DNA of 55,163 nucleotides, counting the filler, from Bipalium vagum (Eukaryota), in the NCBI GenBank assembly GCA_037834085.1. It is 3 parts of 3 records of this genome, joined end to end, with 100 filler letters (N's around TTAATTAATTAA, not from the genome) between each part and the next. Parts side by side here need not be neighbours in the genome. Positions count along the whole stretch, not along the records: positions 16,768 to 34,474 come from JBBMKC010047622.1; positions 34,575 to 55,163 come from JBBMKC010249822.1; 1 more part is not named here. One strand, 5' to 3'. Shown here piece after piece: positions 23,672 through 36,600 of the stretch. Positions within the stretch are counted from its first letter, which is position 1. Every line of letters begins with the position of its first letter. The translations under genes were made by a program, and so were the position numbers. Below the pieces are notes generated by a model that was given only the letters and a program-made list of their open reading frames with translations, searched no databases and was not told where the DNA came from.

Positions 23672-24534
23672 TAAATATTTTTATTTGTATAATCGTATCT
23701 TTTTGGTCGGTCAATCGTATCAAGTGTACCGGTAATTCAAATGGTCGACAATTTTTACTTTTTTTTAATCATTTTTGATTTTTTCAAGTATTTTAATTTT
23801 AAAATTAGTCGTTAAAAATCATCAACTAATTTTTTCGTTTTACCAAAATTTAAAATTTTAGGTTCTCGTATGCTTTATACCGCTGTTTACAAATTTTATA
23901 AAAGGTAAAAATTGAAATGAAATTATAAAATGCGAAACATTTAAAATATGATTTTTATGGTTTATGTTGATCTTTTTAAAACATTTTTACTCAACTCTCA
24001 TCAACTGCAGTCATCGGTAGTCTACGACTTGTACTTTCCAGTATAAAATCGTCTTGGAATTTTCAAATTATTGCATCAAGTAAATGGTACAAATACCTCA
24101 TTGATTTCTTTGAATGTTATCTTTGGCATTAATGTCTTTTTGGATTTGGAAAAGAGAGCAACCTGAAAATCTCAAAGATAACATGCTTTTAAAAGGCAAA
24201 CAAAGTTTGATTTATGATGTGATGAAATTATAAACAAAGTAATAATTCTTTGCTACACCAATGAACTTAAAATCATGTTTTTAACAATAATATCAATAAG
24301 ATTGTTCATAACTAAATATTTTAATGAAAAAATCATTTTTAAATTTGTAATAATTAACCGTTTTTACATTTACATCATAGTAAATTGACTCTAATTTTTG
24401 TAAATTAAATACTCTATGAAATAATGATCGAATGTGAACATTTACTTTTTAATAGCACACAAATCAAAAATTAAAAACATTTAAAATGAACTAAATTAAA
24501 ACAACGACATAACAAGTTAAAAATCACTATTCAG

Positions 24535-25431
24535 CTAAGAACTCTTTTTTGGAATCGCAATTGATACAGCCTTGATTTCTGTGTATGGATCTATTCCGTT
24601 AATGCCACTGAATCATTGTTAAAAATTAATTTAAATCAAATTAATTATTAAAATAATTATTTGGTATACCGATGAAAACATTACAAATTATTGGAACTCG
24701 TGAAAACTAAAAATAGTGAAACTAATTTAAATTTCAGATTTTAATGAAATTTTTGTAAATAGCAATTAATATTTTTGTGAATAGTAAGTATAAAGAATGT
24801 TTATAATAATTATACAACATTTTTAATCTGTTTATAATAAATAATAGCTGGAACATTCCAGTGATAATAATAATAATATCAGATAAACATTAGATGTCCA
24901 CAAAACTATCCAGAAGTGGATATATACATTTGATAATAATAGTATCTTATTATAAAAATTGATATAAAATTAATAAAATTAATTGATATAAAAATAAAAA
25001 TTAATATTATGTATGGATTGACTGAAGGTATTGATCAAGAACCTTAAGAATGTATTCTTTTGGAAGTCATTGAATGTTTGCTAATTCATTATGTCAAATC
25101 CAGTTTAGCATTATTCAATAAGTAATATAAGAAACTATTAACTATGTAAATATATATAAAAAAATAAATTCACTTTAGTCTATAAAAAGAATTTGATCCA
25201 TTTTGACAACTCAAACAAAAATATTTAAATTTAAAAGTATAAATTACAACATTGCAATAATTTTGAAAGGATTTATATAAAATTCAGACAACTACTTTAA
25301 GGATATATAGAATCATTATAATAGAATCATTAAAATTAAAGTTTTTCATAGTAAATTAGATTCAAATTTTATTAATATATAATTATTTGATGAATTTGTT
25401 TTCCAAAATGATTTTAGATGAAATAAAAACT

Positions 25432-25499
<68 letters not shown>

Positions 25500-28400
25500 T
25501 TTAAAGTCCTCAAAAATGAGCCCAGTGATGGAGTTTTTTAAAAAAATTACTAGCTTTCTCATATTTTCAGTAAAATCCTGTTTCTGAAGGTATTTTTTAT
25601 CCAATAATATTAATTTTAAATTAAAAGTAAAAATATACATAAATTTTTGTGCAAATTGAAAGAAATTAAACATTAAAAAGAAAATAAGATATTAACATAA
25701 TTTATTTATTCATTTTAATTTAAAACGATACTTAATATGACAGAAAGCACATTAAAATTTCTTTTTAATTTATAAATAAAATTTTGTAGTTAATAGGAAT
25801 TAATTTAATAAATTAATGAAGTCTATGTGATCAATTATGTTTTTTGTAAAAAAATCTAATTTCAAATTAAAATTCTATTCTATATTAATTTAATATTACT
25901 TGTTAAAGTTAAAATAACCAATATTTTAATTTAAGAAAAAATTAATCATGCATTGATCTCGGCTTTCTATAATATATTTTGTGAATAATTTTGAGCTTTC
26001 AATTTTTTTGATTCAGAACCAATCACGGCTTTTTTGGTCATTATCAAAACAATTGATTTACTAAAGAGAATTCATTTTCATTCGAACATTTCCTTTCTCT
26101 AAAATTCACAGTGAGATCAATTGTTTTGTCCATTCTCCTTTTTTGATTGTCAAAATTTGACTTGAATATCGTCTCTCTTCTACACACAAGACTAAATTCA
26201 AGTAAGTAAACAAAATTAAATTGCGTTACTTTCTTATTGCGCTAATTTCTTATTTACAAAAAAAATCGTAAACAGGTCTTAAAATTTGATGTAGAAATTG
26301 GATAAAAATTTGCGAACTATCGTTTTTAATAGAAAACAGTAAACAAAATTGAAAATATCTAACATGACATTGTTGAAAATTTTTTGTAAAAAAACTATAA
26401 GCTTAATGCCAGGCTTGTAATAATTGTGCTCATCGTCTTTTTCACATTCTAATTTTTTTTTTGAAGTTTCTCTTCATTCATTGAAATGAAACAATTTTCA
26501 CTTTTCCGGGGCCTTTTGAACAACTAAAAAAGAGCACGTCCAACTGCTGACTTAAAAACCAACAATCGGAAGCAAATTTCAATAAAAAATTGAAAGGAAA
26601 ATTGCAAATTTTCATAACAACCAATTATTAAAGGCAATAATATTTTCAGAGAAAGTTTTACAAGCCAATTAAAAAAAATATCTAAAATGGCAGTCAAAGC
26701 CCTAAGCTTTGTAATATGCACAAAACCTAAATTATAAAAAACCTTAAATTGGTAACTTTGTGAATTTTACAGTAAAACGATTTTGTATAACAATAATTCC
26801 CGAAAATTTTGATTGCATAATTTTCACACAGAAAAAGAATTTCCATAGGGTTTCATGGTCTTAACATTTTGAATTACAAATCGTTTACAATTCCGATGCA
26901 GACATTAAAGTATTATTATCCAAATATTTACAATTTGTAACATTTATCAATATTTCACCGCAAATAAAATTTCGCGCAATTCGTCTTGGATCTTTCGATA
27001 CCTTATCAATACAATAAAAAAATTCGCAGAATTTTACATTCACATCAAAAATTTTAATTAAAGTTTTTACTCCATAAAGTCTTCAGATCTACCAATGTTT
27101 TTTGATAAAAATAAAAATCAATCATTTAATTAATTGATTGCTTAATTACCAAATAAAAATAATAATTAAAAAAATTAAATGTATTTTATTAAAAATTAAA
27201 AATTTAAAAATAAATAAGATTTAAATAGATTTTTAAAACTTATTTTCACGGAAACTGTACTTAATAATAAAATTTTTAAAATGAAAAACTAACAGCTCTC
27301 TTCCGATTCCTGATTGCTTATAGCCACCAAATGGAGCATGGATCAAGCCGGCATCATAACAATTCACCCTGAAATATATTCTCAATCAATGTCACTATGC
27401 ATTTTCAACGAATAATTCCCAACCAAACAGAACCCGCTTGCAGCGCCTGAATCATCATAAAGGCCTTATTGAGATCTGAGGTGATAACTCCAGCGCCTAA
27501 ACCATATGTCGATTTATTGGCTCTATCAATTACTTCGTCCATTGTAGAGAACTTGAATACCGATTGAACTGGACCAAAAATTTCTTCCTTAGCAATTCTC
27601 ATTGTGTCCTTTACATCACTAAACACGGTCGGTTGCACAAAATAACCACATCTATCCAGTCTTTGACCACCGGTCACTAATTTGGCACCTTCCTTCTTGC
27701 CACTTTCAATTAGATCCATAATCTTGTCCATCTGTTCCTTATCAACCTTTAAAAAAAGTAAAACAGTTTTTGGTTCTGTCATTTATTAGTCCAATCTTGT
27801 TCCAACCTGCGGACCCTGAACCGTTTTTTCATCAAAAGGATCACCAACAATTCGACTTTCAGCAAGACGTTTCAATTTATCGACAAATGTATCATAAATC
27901 TTGTCTTCAACAAACGTCCTCGTGCCTGCAACACAACATTGGCCGTGATTTGCCATGCAAGCCTCATGTGCTATTTCTGCAGCTTTGTCCACTGTGAAAA
28001 GTATTAATATTTTTCATAATCATTAATGAGAAAATTAAAACGTACAATCATGAGCATCGGCAAAAACTATCAGAGCCGATTTGCCTCCCAATTCCAAAGT
28101 GACTCTTTTTATCGAGCTCTCACCCATACCTTTTAAGATCAAATGCCCGACTTCTGTACTTCCAGTGAAAGATATTTTATGGACATCTGGATGTTTCACA
28201 AGAGCACCTCCGGCAGTAGGGCCATATCCAGGTACAATGTTTACAACGCCTTTTGGAAATCCTGGACAAGACTCAGATGAAAAGTTATTATATTTATCCA
28301 GACTTTTTGAGTCGATTTAATATAAAAATGATTGATAATAAATGTAGACTTAATAAACAGAGTTTTACAAGTATTTTATTATTCGAAAATAAAAATGAGT

Positions 28401-31040
28401 AATTTTCAAAACGTGAACCTTTCATTTATAATAATTCATAATGAATAACTTATTTCTATTTGTTCTACATTATATTTGAAAGTATGGAATGTTTTAAAAA
28501 AACAGCATTTTAAAAAATTCTGAAAATTGAAATTGCACAACTTCTTGAGGAAGATAAACGTTATCCATTATAGGAACCTCAGGTCTTACTAATTTCGGCA
28601 TAAGTTCAGTATACCGAATCGTGTCTGATAAACTTTTTTTAAAGTGCGTCCATACAAGGTGGGTTCCTCATAGATTAACAAAATCTCAAAAGATCCAATT
28701 ATCACAAAATTTGCTTAGAAATCTGAAAATTCCTACTGTGGTCGTAATAACATTTCATACTAGATAGCGGCAGATGGTGAGCGATCAGCAATTGTCAGAA
28801 GAACAATATTAAACATGAAATTTCATATAATTGTTGTTTACAACTTTTTGGTGATTTCCGCTTGAAAGATTTAAGGCGTAACCAATTCATTAATTCTAAA
28901 CGTTGTATTATTTCTTTCAAACGATTTTGGATATCAAAAGAATTTAAATTTTAGACTTCATATGTGACAATATTTGTTACCACGTAGATGCCATGAGATA
29001 GTCTTCTAAAAAACATGGGACTAAAATTCTAAGACAACAACTTTAAAATCCAGAATTGAATTTTAGCAAATATTAATTCTCTCTATGAATGTAGCAAATT
29101 TCATGCAAAGTAAAATGACAAAATCGTATAAATATGTAATTCATTTTTAATCTGTAGAGGGCCTTGTTTGTGCTGAAAAAGTTTTTAACTGATTTAATTT
29201 AAGTAGATCATAATAATTAAGTATTTTTAATAATAAAAGTCACAAGTTGTGAGAAACTAATGGACCTGTCAGATTAAAATGATCAAAGAAAACCATAGAT
29301 TCCGTTATAATATTTTACAATAAATTTTAAAAACAAATAATAATTATTATTATTTTTATTATCATTATAATTATTATTCAAATAATCAATAATTTTTAAA
29401 ATAACCATACTGGTTCAATTCATATATTAAAGTTTTATAGGAAAAATCTTTATTATAAAATCCTCAAAAAGAGTATTATTTTTAATTGAAATGTTGTTTA
29501 TATTAAAATATATAAATAAATTATTATCTCTGAATTTGTGATATCTTATACTTGATTATGGTCCTGACCATGGAAAGTCTAAAACAGCAATACAACAGGA
29601 GTAGATGTTAGCTTATATTATGTTAAATCTGGTATGTTAAGAAAAAAAATCATTTATTATGAACTTCTGTGCAATAAAAAGATCGATCATAATCTACTAT
29701 ATATTGTGATCAGTTAACAAAGTAAAAGTAAGAGATTGAAAAAACTAGACTAAAATTGATAACCGGATGATCATTGTGCCCCAATTTTTGATCGCACTAG
29801 TTTTTAAAGTTCCGATAAAGATTGAACAAGTTAACCATTTATTTAGATCTCTGCACAACTCTTTCAATGTGATAAGATTCAATTCTATATTGGACTGTAA
29901 AGAATTATTCTGAGTTCTGCATTCTCCGTGTACCTTTAACACACATCCACATTCAAAGTCCTACGAAACTATTTTCGTACATTTTCCTGCTATTTTAATT
30001 GATCTGTTCTTATTACTTTTTCAAATTTCCGTTATTTTTGTCGTCGTTTCTTGAGAATTGTTATTCCTTAGCATGTTCTATTCACTTGGCTCTGGTATTT
30101 GACTGTTTCCCGTATTTTCCTCTACATCAATTCTTATACGGTACAATTTTCAATATTATACTGTACAAAATTCAATAAAGTTTTCAATCATGGAATGAAA
30201 GTAGCAAAAAACTATAGATGTATAAGATGCATTACTACTCTTAATATATCAATTTTCAATGTTTTTATAAATTATGTAAAAACTTTTCCCCGTTCGATAT
30301 TTATAATAATTTTAATGTAAAAATTATTAAAAATAAGTTGCTTTATAAACTAATTTTATAATCATAATGGAAATTTAACCGGCTTTTACAATAAGATCCC
30401 CCAAAAACAGAGCTGACAAAGGTGTCTGTTCTGCAGGTTTGATGACCAATGTACAGCCAGCTGCAAGAGCAGGAGCAACTTTCCAAATAGCAATCATGAA
30501 CGGGTAATTCCACGGTATGATTGCTCCGACAACTCCGACTGGTTCCATTCGAGTATAGCACACAAAATCCCCATCAGGTGACGTCGTCATTCCGGTGATT
30601 TTATCCGCATAACCGGCATAAAATCGCGTAACGACGACGGAAAATTCGATATCACCTCCTGCCATAACATAAGATTTTCCATTGTCTAAAGCGTCAAGTC
30701 GAGCAAGGTAGTCTTTATTTTCTTCAATGAGATCTGCCAATTTGTTCAGCAGTGCCCCTCGTTTAGAAGCATCCATGCAACGCCATTCTGATCCAATTTT
30801 GAAAGCTTTTTTGGCTGCTTTGACTGCTTTGTCAATGTCCTTTTCTCGACCCTCTTGAATTTTGATGATCTCCTTTTCCGTAGCCGGATTAATTGTGGAA
30901 AACGTTGCCTTTTCCGCACTATCGTGCCACTCGTTGTTAATGAAAATCTGATCAAGTTAAAATGAAATGATAACGAACTTGGAAAGTTGTCGAAAAATTG
31001 AATTGCTTACTTTTGTGAATTTGACTTCTGGAATCGACAT
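24535..31040 (-). CDS. Aldehyde dehydrogenase, ALDH1/2 family (7 exons, 489 aa, no mitochondrial presequence)
   Basis: Phase-consistent GT-AG exons 31040-31011, 30947-30380, 28261-28046, 27991-27807, 27746-27424, 27368-27294, 24607-24535 total 1470 nt. Motifs: [22 protein letters not shown], catalytic Glu in TLELGGK, catalytic Cys in [28 protein letters not shown]-terminus [16 protein letters not shown]. Confidence 0.95.
25438..25498. repeat. (AAT)n microsatellite
   Basis: About 20 perfect units in the last ALDH intron. Confidence 0.95.
28420..29270 (+). mobile_element. Decayed mariner in ALDH intron 2
   Basis: [21 protein letters not shown] and RWVPHRLT (WVPHEL-like) fragments; otherwise heavily mutated. 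Confidence 0.65.
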
Positions 31041-34000
31041 TTTGATTTAGTAAAACAATGAACAAATGAGTTTCTGATAATTAAATTAACTATTTATATT
31101 GGAACACCAAAAAATGAACTTTATTCTAATCTGACGTTTACAAAGCTTTGTTATTTTCAAGTAATTTTTGTGCATAAAAACCTGCTATATGCCTTCAAAG
31201 AATTAAAATTCAACCTTTGATTTGTGAGAAGTCAACTGAAATACGGCTGAAAATAAATTATTGTTTATCAATGTAGTAAACTGATATTTATCGGAGTCAA
31301 TTAGCATGTAAACGTCGTAAATGAAATAAAAAAGTTTTTAAAATTCTTATCAGATAAATTATATGTTTTAGTAGTAATAAAACGAGAATTAATGTTAATT
31401 AGCATTTCAGTATATTAATGTTTGTGGATTAAATATCTTTTGTAAATTGTATTTTTCATAATGTTATAATTTCAGAATTTTTTAAAAATCCTTTTGTTGC
31501 AATGTTGAATATTCAAAATTGTCCTTTAGATATTTCAATTGTAATTTTATTAAGATTTTTTCCCTCTTATTTATGTATTTTTATTTCTGCATATATTATA
31601 TATTATTAAATCTAACTATTTGTGACAATTGACATTTTATGAACCTTTTAATGTGAACCATTTTAAAGTGGAATCAAAATAACTTGATAGTTAAATTGCA
31701 CTTGTGCAAATTATGGATAACAATTTTCGGAGTTTTATTTTAAAGTTCAGTTCTCTGATGAAAATGTAAAAAGAACTTCAGAGTTTTATTTATGAAGTAC
31801 TTCAGTTGAAGGTCAGTATTTATGTTATCTGTTAATAATATCTTTGATCAAATTCCAGGATTAAAAGAAAGAATAGATGAAATTATAAATTGGGAGAATT
31901 TTCAATTTTGTTTACATCAAGTTTTAAGGAATAATTTTGAGTTTACAAAGATTTATGTAAATAATGCCAAAACAAACTTAAACAAACATAAACCTTTTAG
32001 CTAATCTTAATAATAATGATAATATATACAAAATGATACCTTCGGGCTTCCTAATAAAAGCATAATAATTAATAATTTAAATATTTATTATGTTTATGCA
32101 TTATTCTATTAGATTTACTTGGGTGGTGAGTCCAATAAGTAGTGAGACTTATAAAATGAATTAAAGGAAAAATCTGTAATTATGCATATGAATAAATATA
32201 TATTGATAGATTAATAACTTAATTTTTGTTTTAATAATTTATACATTGTTGTGTCAAATATTCGAAAATGTTCAGATAAAAATTTCTATATTATCGAGTG
32301 ATTAGATTTTTATTTAATATAGGAAGACCCAAAAAGAAATACGTTTGGACTCAAATGTTGTACATATGCTGATCAGTGTATTTCAATTGCAGAAATTTAC
32401 CAATGGTAAAACAGGTTTCAGAGACTTGGCTGCTTTCTGTCGGAAATTTGTTGCTGAATTTTGTAACTATATAGAAAAATAAAACCAATATTATTTGATT
32501 TTTATGTTACGTAAATATTATAATACTCTTGTATCTCTTTCTTTTTGACTTCAATAGTCATTGGGTACATTTCGTTAGGAATATAAATATTATGAATATT
32601 ACTTCAAATAGAAAAATTAAATGAAATACATGGAAAAAGTAAATTTAATAGAAATTAATAACCAAACAGGTTAGAACAGTGTAGAAAAACTTAATTTTCT
32701 ATAAAGTTGTGGAAAGTACAACCAAAAATTATAAATTATTTAAGAGGAAACGAATAAATAAAATAATTGAATTCTTTAGTGGATTCTTTTTTTCTTAATT
32801 ATATCAATTTAATATAGCGAATTCGTGTGTAACTTGATTTATTAGAATTTCAAAAATTATGAGATCATTCAACATAATATCTTTCAAAAAGGCTACCTAC
32901 TCTCACACTTAGCCATATCATTAGAAAAACTGTATATCCAGGTAGGAAAACATCTAATCTAGCAAAAAGAGATCAAAGAATGGAAGAAATGTTCATCAAA
33001 CAGAGTCAATAATCCAATAATTATTTATGCGTTACTTTTATTTACTAGTTCATTAAATAAAGGCGATATTTAGAAAACGTATAATATCTTATCGACGAAT
33101 AAGATGACCTAAAAACATTGTCTATTAAATTGAAAAAAGACCACTCTGGTTTTTTATTACCTGACAGCAAAGAAGGTATAAAACACACTCAAATTTTCCG
33201 TTTCTTCAATGTTTTAGGGCTAACTTGTTGTGTACAGTTTTCCGGAGAATATAAGCGATTCCCTCAATGATCATGGAGGATATATATTTCAACATTTCCA
33301 TTATAAAGTTATAACTGAATCAATATTCAAAAAATTTAAAAATAAAATTCAGATTTAATATTTTTTCCTCAAATTTTTATTGGTTGAATTACTAACAATT
33401 TTTATTAATTACAATTAAATAAGAGTAAATTGTATTTATGCTTAAAACATAAAAAATAAAATTTTTCTGATTTACTAAAATAGCTGATGGTAAATTAAAA
33501 TTTCTAATAGTGATTAAAACATTATGATTAATTCTTCTATAAAGCAACATTAAAATTTGTAAAACATTGAATTTTATTTTTATAATATAAAAGGAATTAC
33601 ATTTTGAAAGAATTAAATAAAATATTATGAATGTGGCATTACAATTGTTAATGTTTTAAAAATGTAAGTTGAAAAATTGTCATTATATTTATTAAAACAT
33701 TTTTTATTATTAATAAGGAAAATTTCTTGATAGAAATAGTTCGATTTATAACAATTTTTTTAAAACAAAATTTTAAAAATTTTAAAAAAATAAAATAAAT
33801 AATAATAGTAAAATTAGTTATAACATAAAATATTTATAATTTATTTAAAAATTTTAATTAAATGAATTTTTAAATTTTTGATCTTTATTTTATGTAAATA
33901 AAAAAATAAAATAATTATAAGTGAAAAGTATTTTCTTTAAAGATAATACAATTTAACGAAAACCTACAAATCTTATAAGCTAATATGATCAAAGATAATA

Positions 34001-34474
34001 ATTTATCTACATTTTGTGTCTTATATTTTAAACTCGAGACTCTTTCCTTACTAAAGATTTCCTTTTATTTCAAAAAATGTGTATTTAAAAGAAAATCGTG
34101 AATAAAATAAAAAACCCTAATTATAAAGATTTGTTTCCATAAAGTTTACAATTTCAATATAATTTTTAATAATTTTTTTTATTAATCTGTTTAATTAATT
34201 AATTAATTAATTTATTTATCTGTTAAAATTTTTACATTTTTGTTTTAATTATCTAAAAAAAAGAATGCGACGATTTTAATTCAACCAGATACGTTTTTCA
34301 ATGAAAATTATCTTTTTAAAATTATATTTGAAGATTCTAACTTTTTAAAAATATAATTCATATATTGTTCTAAAAAGTATAATTAATTATTTTATTAAAT
34401 TATTTACATAAGTAGTTAATTAATCAATTAAAAAGGATAATAAGAAATAAGTAAAATAACCAATATAAAAAAAT

Positions 34475-34574
34475 NNNNNNNNNNNNNNNNNNNNNNNNNN
34501 NNNNNNNNNNNNNNNNNNTTAATTAATTAANNNNNNNNNNNNNNNNNNNNNNNNNNNNNNNNNNNNNNNNNNNN
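34475..34574. other. Artificial scaffold linker (N44-TTAATTAATTAA-N44)
   Basis: Same 100-bp structure as 16668-16767. Confidence 0.97.
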
Positions 34575-34647
34575 TTTTTAGAAATATCATGTTTCTTATT
34601 TTAATTTTCTACTAAATTCCTAAAATATCTACTTATCTTTCTGTATT

Positions 34648-34649
34648 AC

Positions 34650-34698
<49 letters not shown>
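34648..34698. repeat. (AAT)n microsatellite
   Basis: Run of AAT units next to the gap. Confidence 0.9.
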
Positions 34699-34701
<3 letters not shown>

Positions 34702-34879
34702 TAAATAATAATTACTAATTTTATTTAATTAAAGAGAAAGGTTTTTGTCTTTCAAAAATCCTTACATAAAAAATACAAATAAAATTAAATTAAAAACACA
34801 AAAATAATCACAATTGTCAATAAATAAATGTTTATTGTGGGATACTCCACAATATTGATAATGCTGAAAACCTTATTTA

Positions 34880-35555
34880 TGTTATACAGAAGTCAGGACA
34901 TACGAAACATCTATCAATATCAGGTTTTTCATCGATTGATACCAATTCTTTTCCGCATAATTCTTTTTTTTCAAAAATATAGTTCTATTTTAGCACAATT
35001 CACTATAATTCCTTCGTAAAGTTGATTGATCTGGAATTGTCTATTTGTGTAATTTGTTGAAAAGTTGAAATCTTACGTTTCTCAATTTTCCATGTGGAAT
35101 ATTTGCTGAAATAAAAGCGTTGCGTAAATTCATTGAGAATTTTGATAGATCATGTTGTGATGATTAGTTTTTTTTAATAAAGTTTATTTAATTTGTCCAT
35201 GATTTTTGATTCCACTTCTGTAAATATTTGCTTGAATATTGAATTTTTTGTTCCGCATTTACTTTTGAGTGACATATTGCAACACAGAATGTCTCCATAG
35301 CTTGAAAATATATCCTTGCCAAATTCTTCAACCATATTTTTTAAAAAAATTTTGGTGTACTTCATTTTATTTTCGGCATAATTTGTAATTCTTTAAATAA
35401 CTTTTTGAAAATACCTATTTATTATGAAAAACTGAAGAACTTATGACGTTAAAATGTTATTTGTGACTAAATAATTTTAAATATGACTTCAGAAATTTTT
35501 GATAAATATAACTAACACTTTAGAAATATGAAATTTCATAAAAATCCAAACCCTA
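34880..35555 (-). mobile_element. Decayed hAT-type transposon with CGGBP1-like N-terminus
   Basis: Frameshifted minus-strand pieces: MPKIK..LKNMVEEFGKDIFSSYGDILCCN, NAFISANIPHGKLRN, IPDQSTLRRNY and VSIDEKPD (first catalytic D; usually SIDETTD). The terminus reads TAGGGTTTGGATTTTTATG on the minus strand. Confidence 0.7.
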
Positions 35556-36339
35556 GTTATCATAATAAAAGGGGGCGGTTTGGTCATAAAACTTTAATAT
35601 CAATAAATCTGTTACATATTTTGAAGGTCACGCGTTTTTTCTAATCATTAGGTGACATACCTTTGAAGAATACATAATAATTTTAAGTTTCATCTCATAA
35701 GGATTTATAATTTGATAATTTTCTTAAATTAATTGTTCAAAATGAGGACCACGGATCTTCAAGTTTAAATATTCTACAAAAAAGTTATTAGTACCCTGGA
35801 GAAAAATATCTAAATTAACCGGAATACCTTTAAGAACAGTAGAAAAGACATTTTCCAGGTACAAAAAGGTTATGAGGCAGATTTATGTTATTATGGAGGT
35901 AACACGTGAACACGATGTCTTTATTACATTCATGAGTTACTTAAAATAAAAATCTTATCGTGACTGCCTTCAAAAGAAGGAGAAAATTATCTCCTTCACA
36001 CAAAGAATAAACCAACAGATATTATAATTTGGAATAAAATAAAATAGTAATAATAAAACGAAATTCTTCTGATTTCGAACCGAAAATCATGTTCCAAATG
36101 AATATAAATATATTAAACTACATTGTAACAAATGTGGAAAATCCAAACATAAAAAGTGTGTTCAAATAGTCATACAAAAGATATGGAAAGATTGTAACAG
36201 TTATGAAGCTTGCGATAGAGTTCCCAGAGTATAGAGAAGCTCTCACTGCCATCTGACATGGTTTGACAAGATGCTTCTTACTTGGGACCCAGTTAATTAA
36301 AAATTATAAAACTAGTTCTTCCGACCCATATATTCAACA

Positions 36340-36600
36340 ATGTTAAGAATAATCATTGGGTGTTTCAACAGAACTCTGAACCAGCTCATAATGCTAAGAA
36401 TAACTTCAGAACAGCGACTCTTTGAAGCCAAAACTTCAGTCCTCTGGATGACAAGATATGGTAATTTTTAAAGGTTTGCACTAAGCCTCAAAGGAATTTG
36501 GAAAAGTTAATTAGTATTAGTTAGAGCAATTGATGAAAAAGATGTGAATATGTGCCATTTAAGGATCAAAAGAGTGGATCAAATCAAGAGGTAACCATTT
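36340..36600 (+). mobile_element. Tc1/mariner catalytic-domain fragment
   Basis: HWVFQQNSEPAHNAKN and a decayed SPLD..IW segment. Confidence 0.55.

Noticed and set aside
27770-30955. Antisense and alternate-frame ORFs over ALDH exons
   Set aside because: Shadows of the ALDH coding exons.
35790-36200. Possible piggyBac Cys-rich C-terminus (CNKCGKSKHKKC)
   Set aside because: Only a partial motif, with no TTAA-bounded ends or catalytic domain identified.
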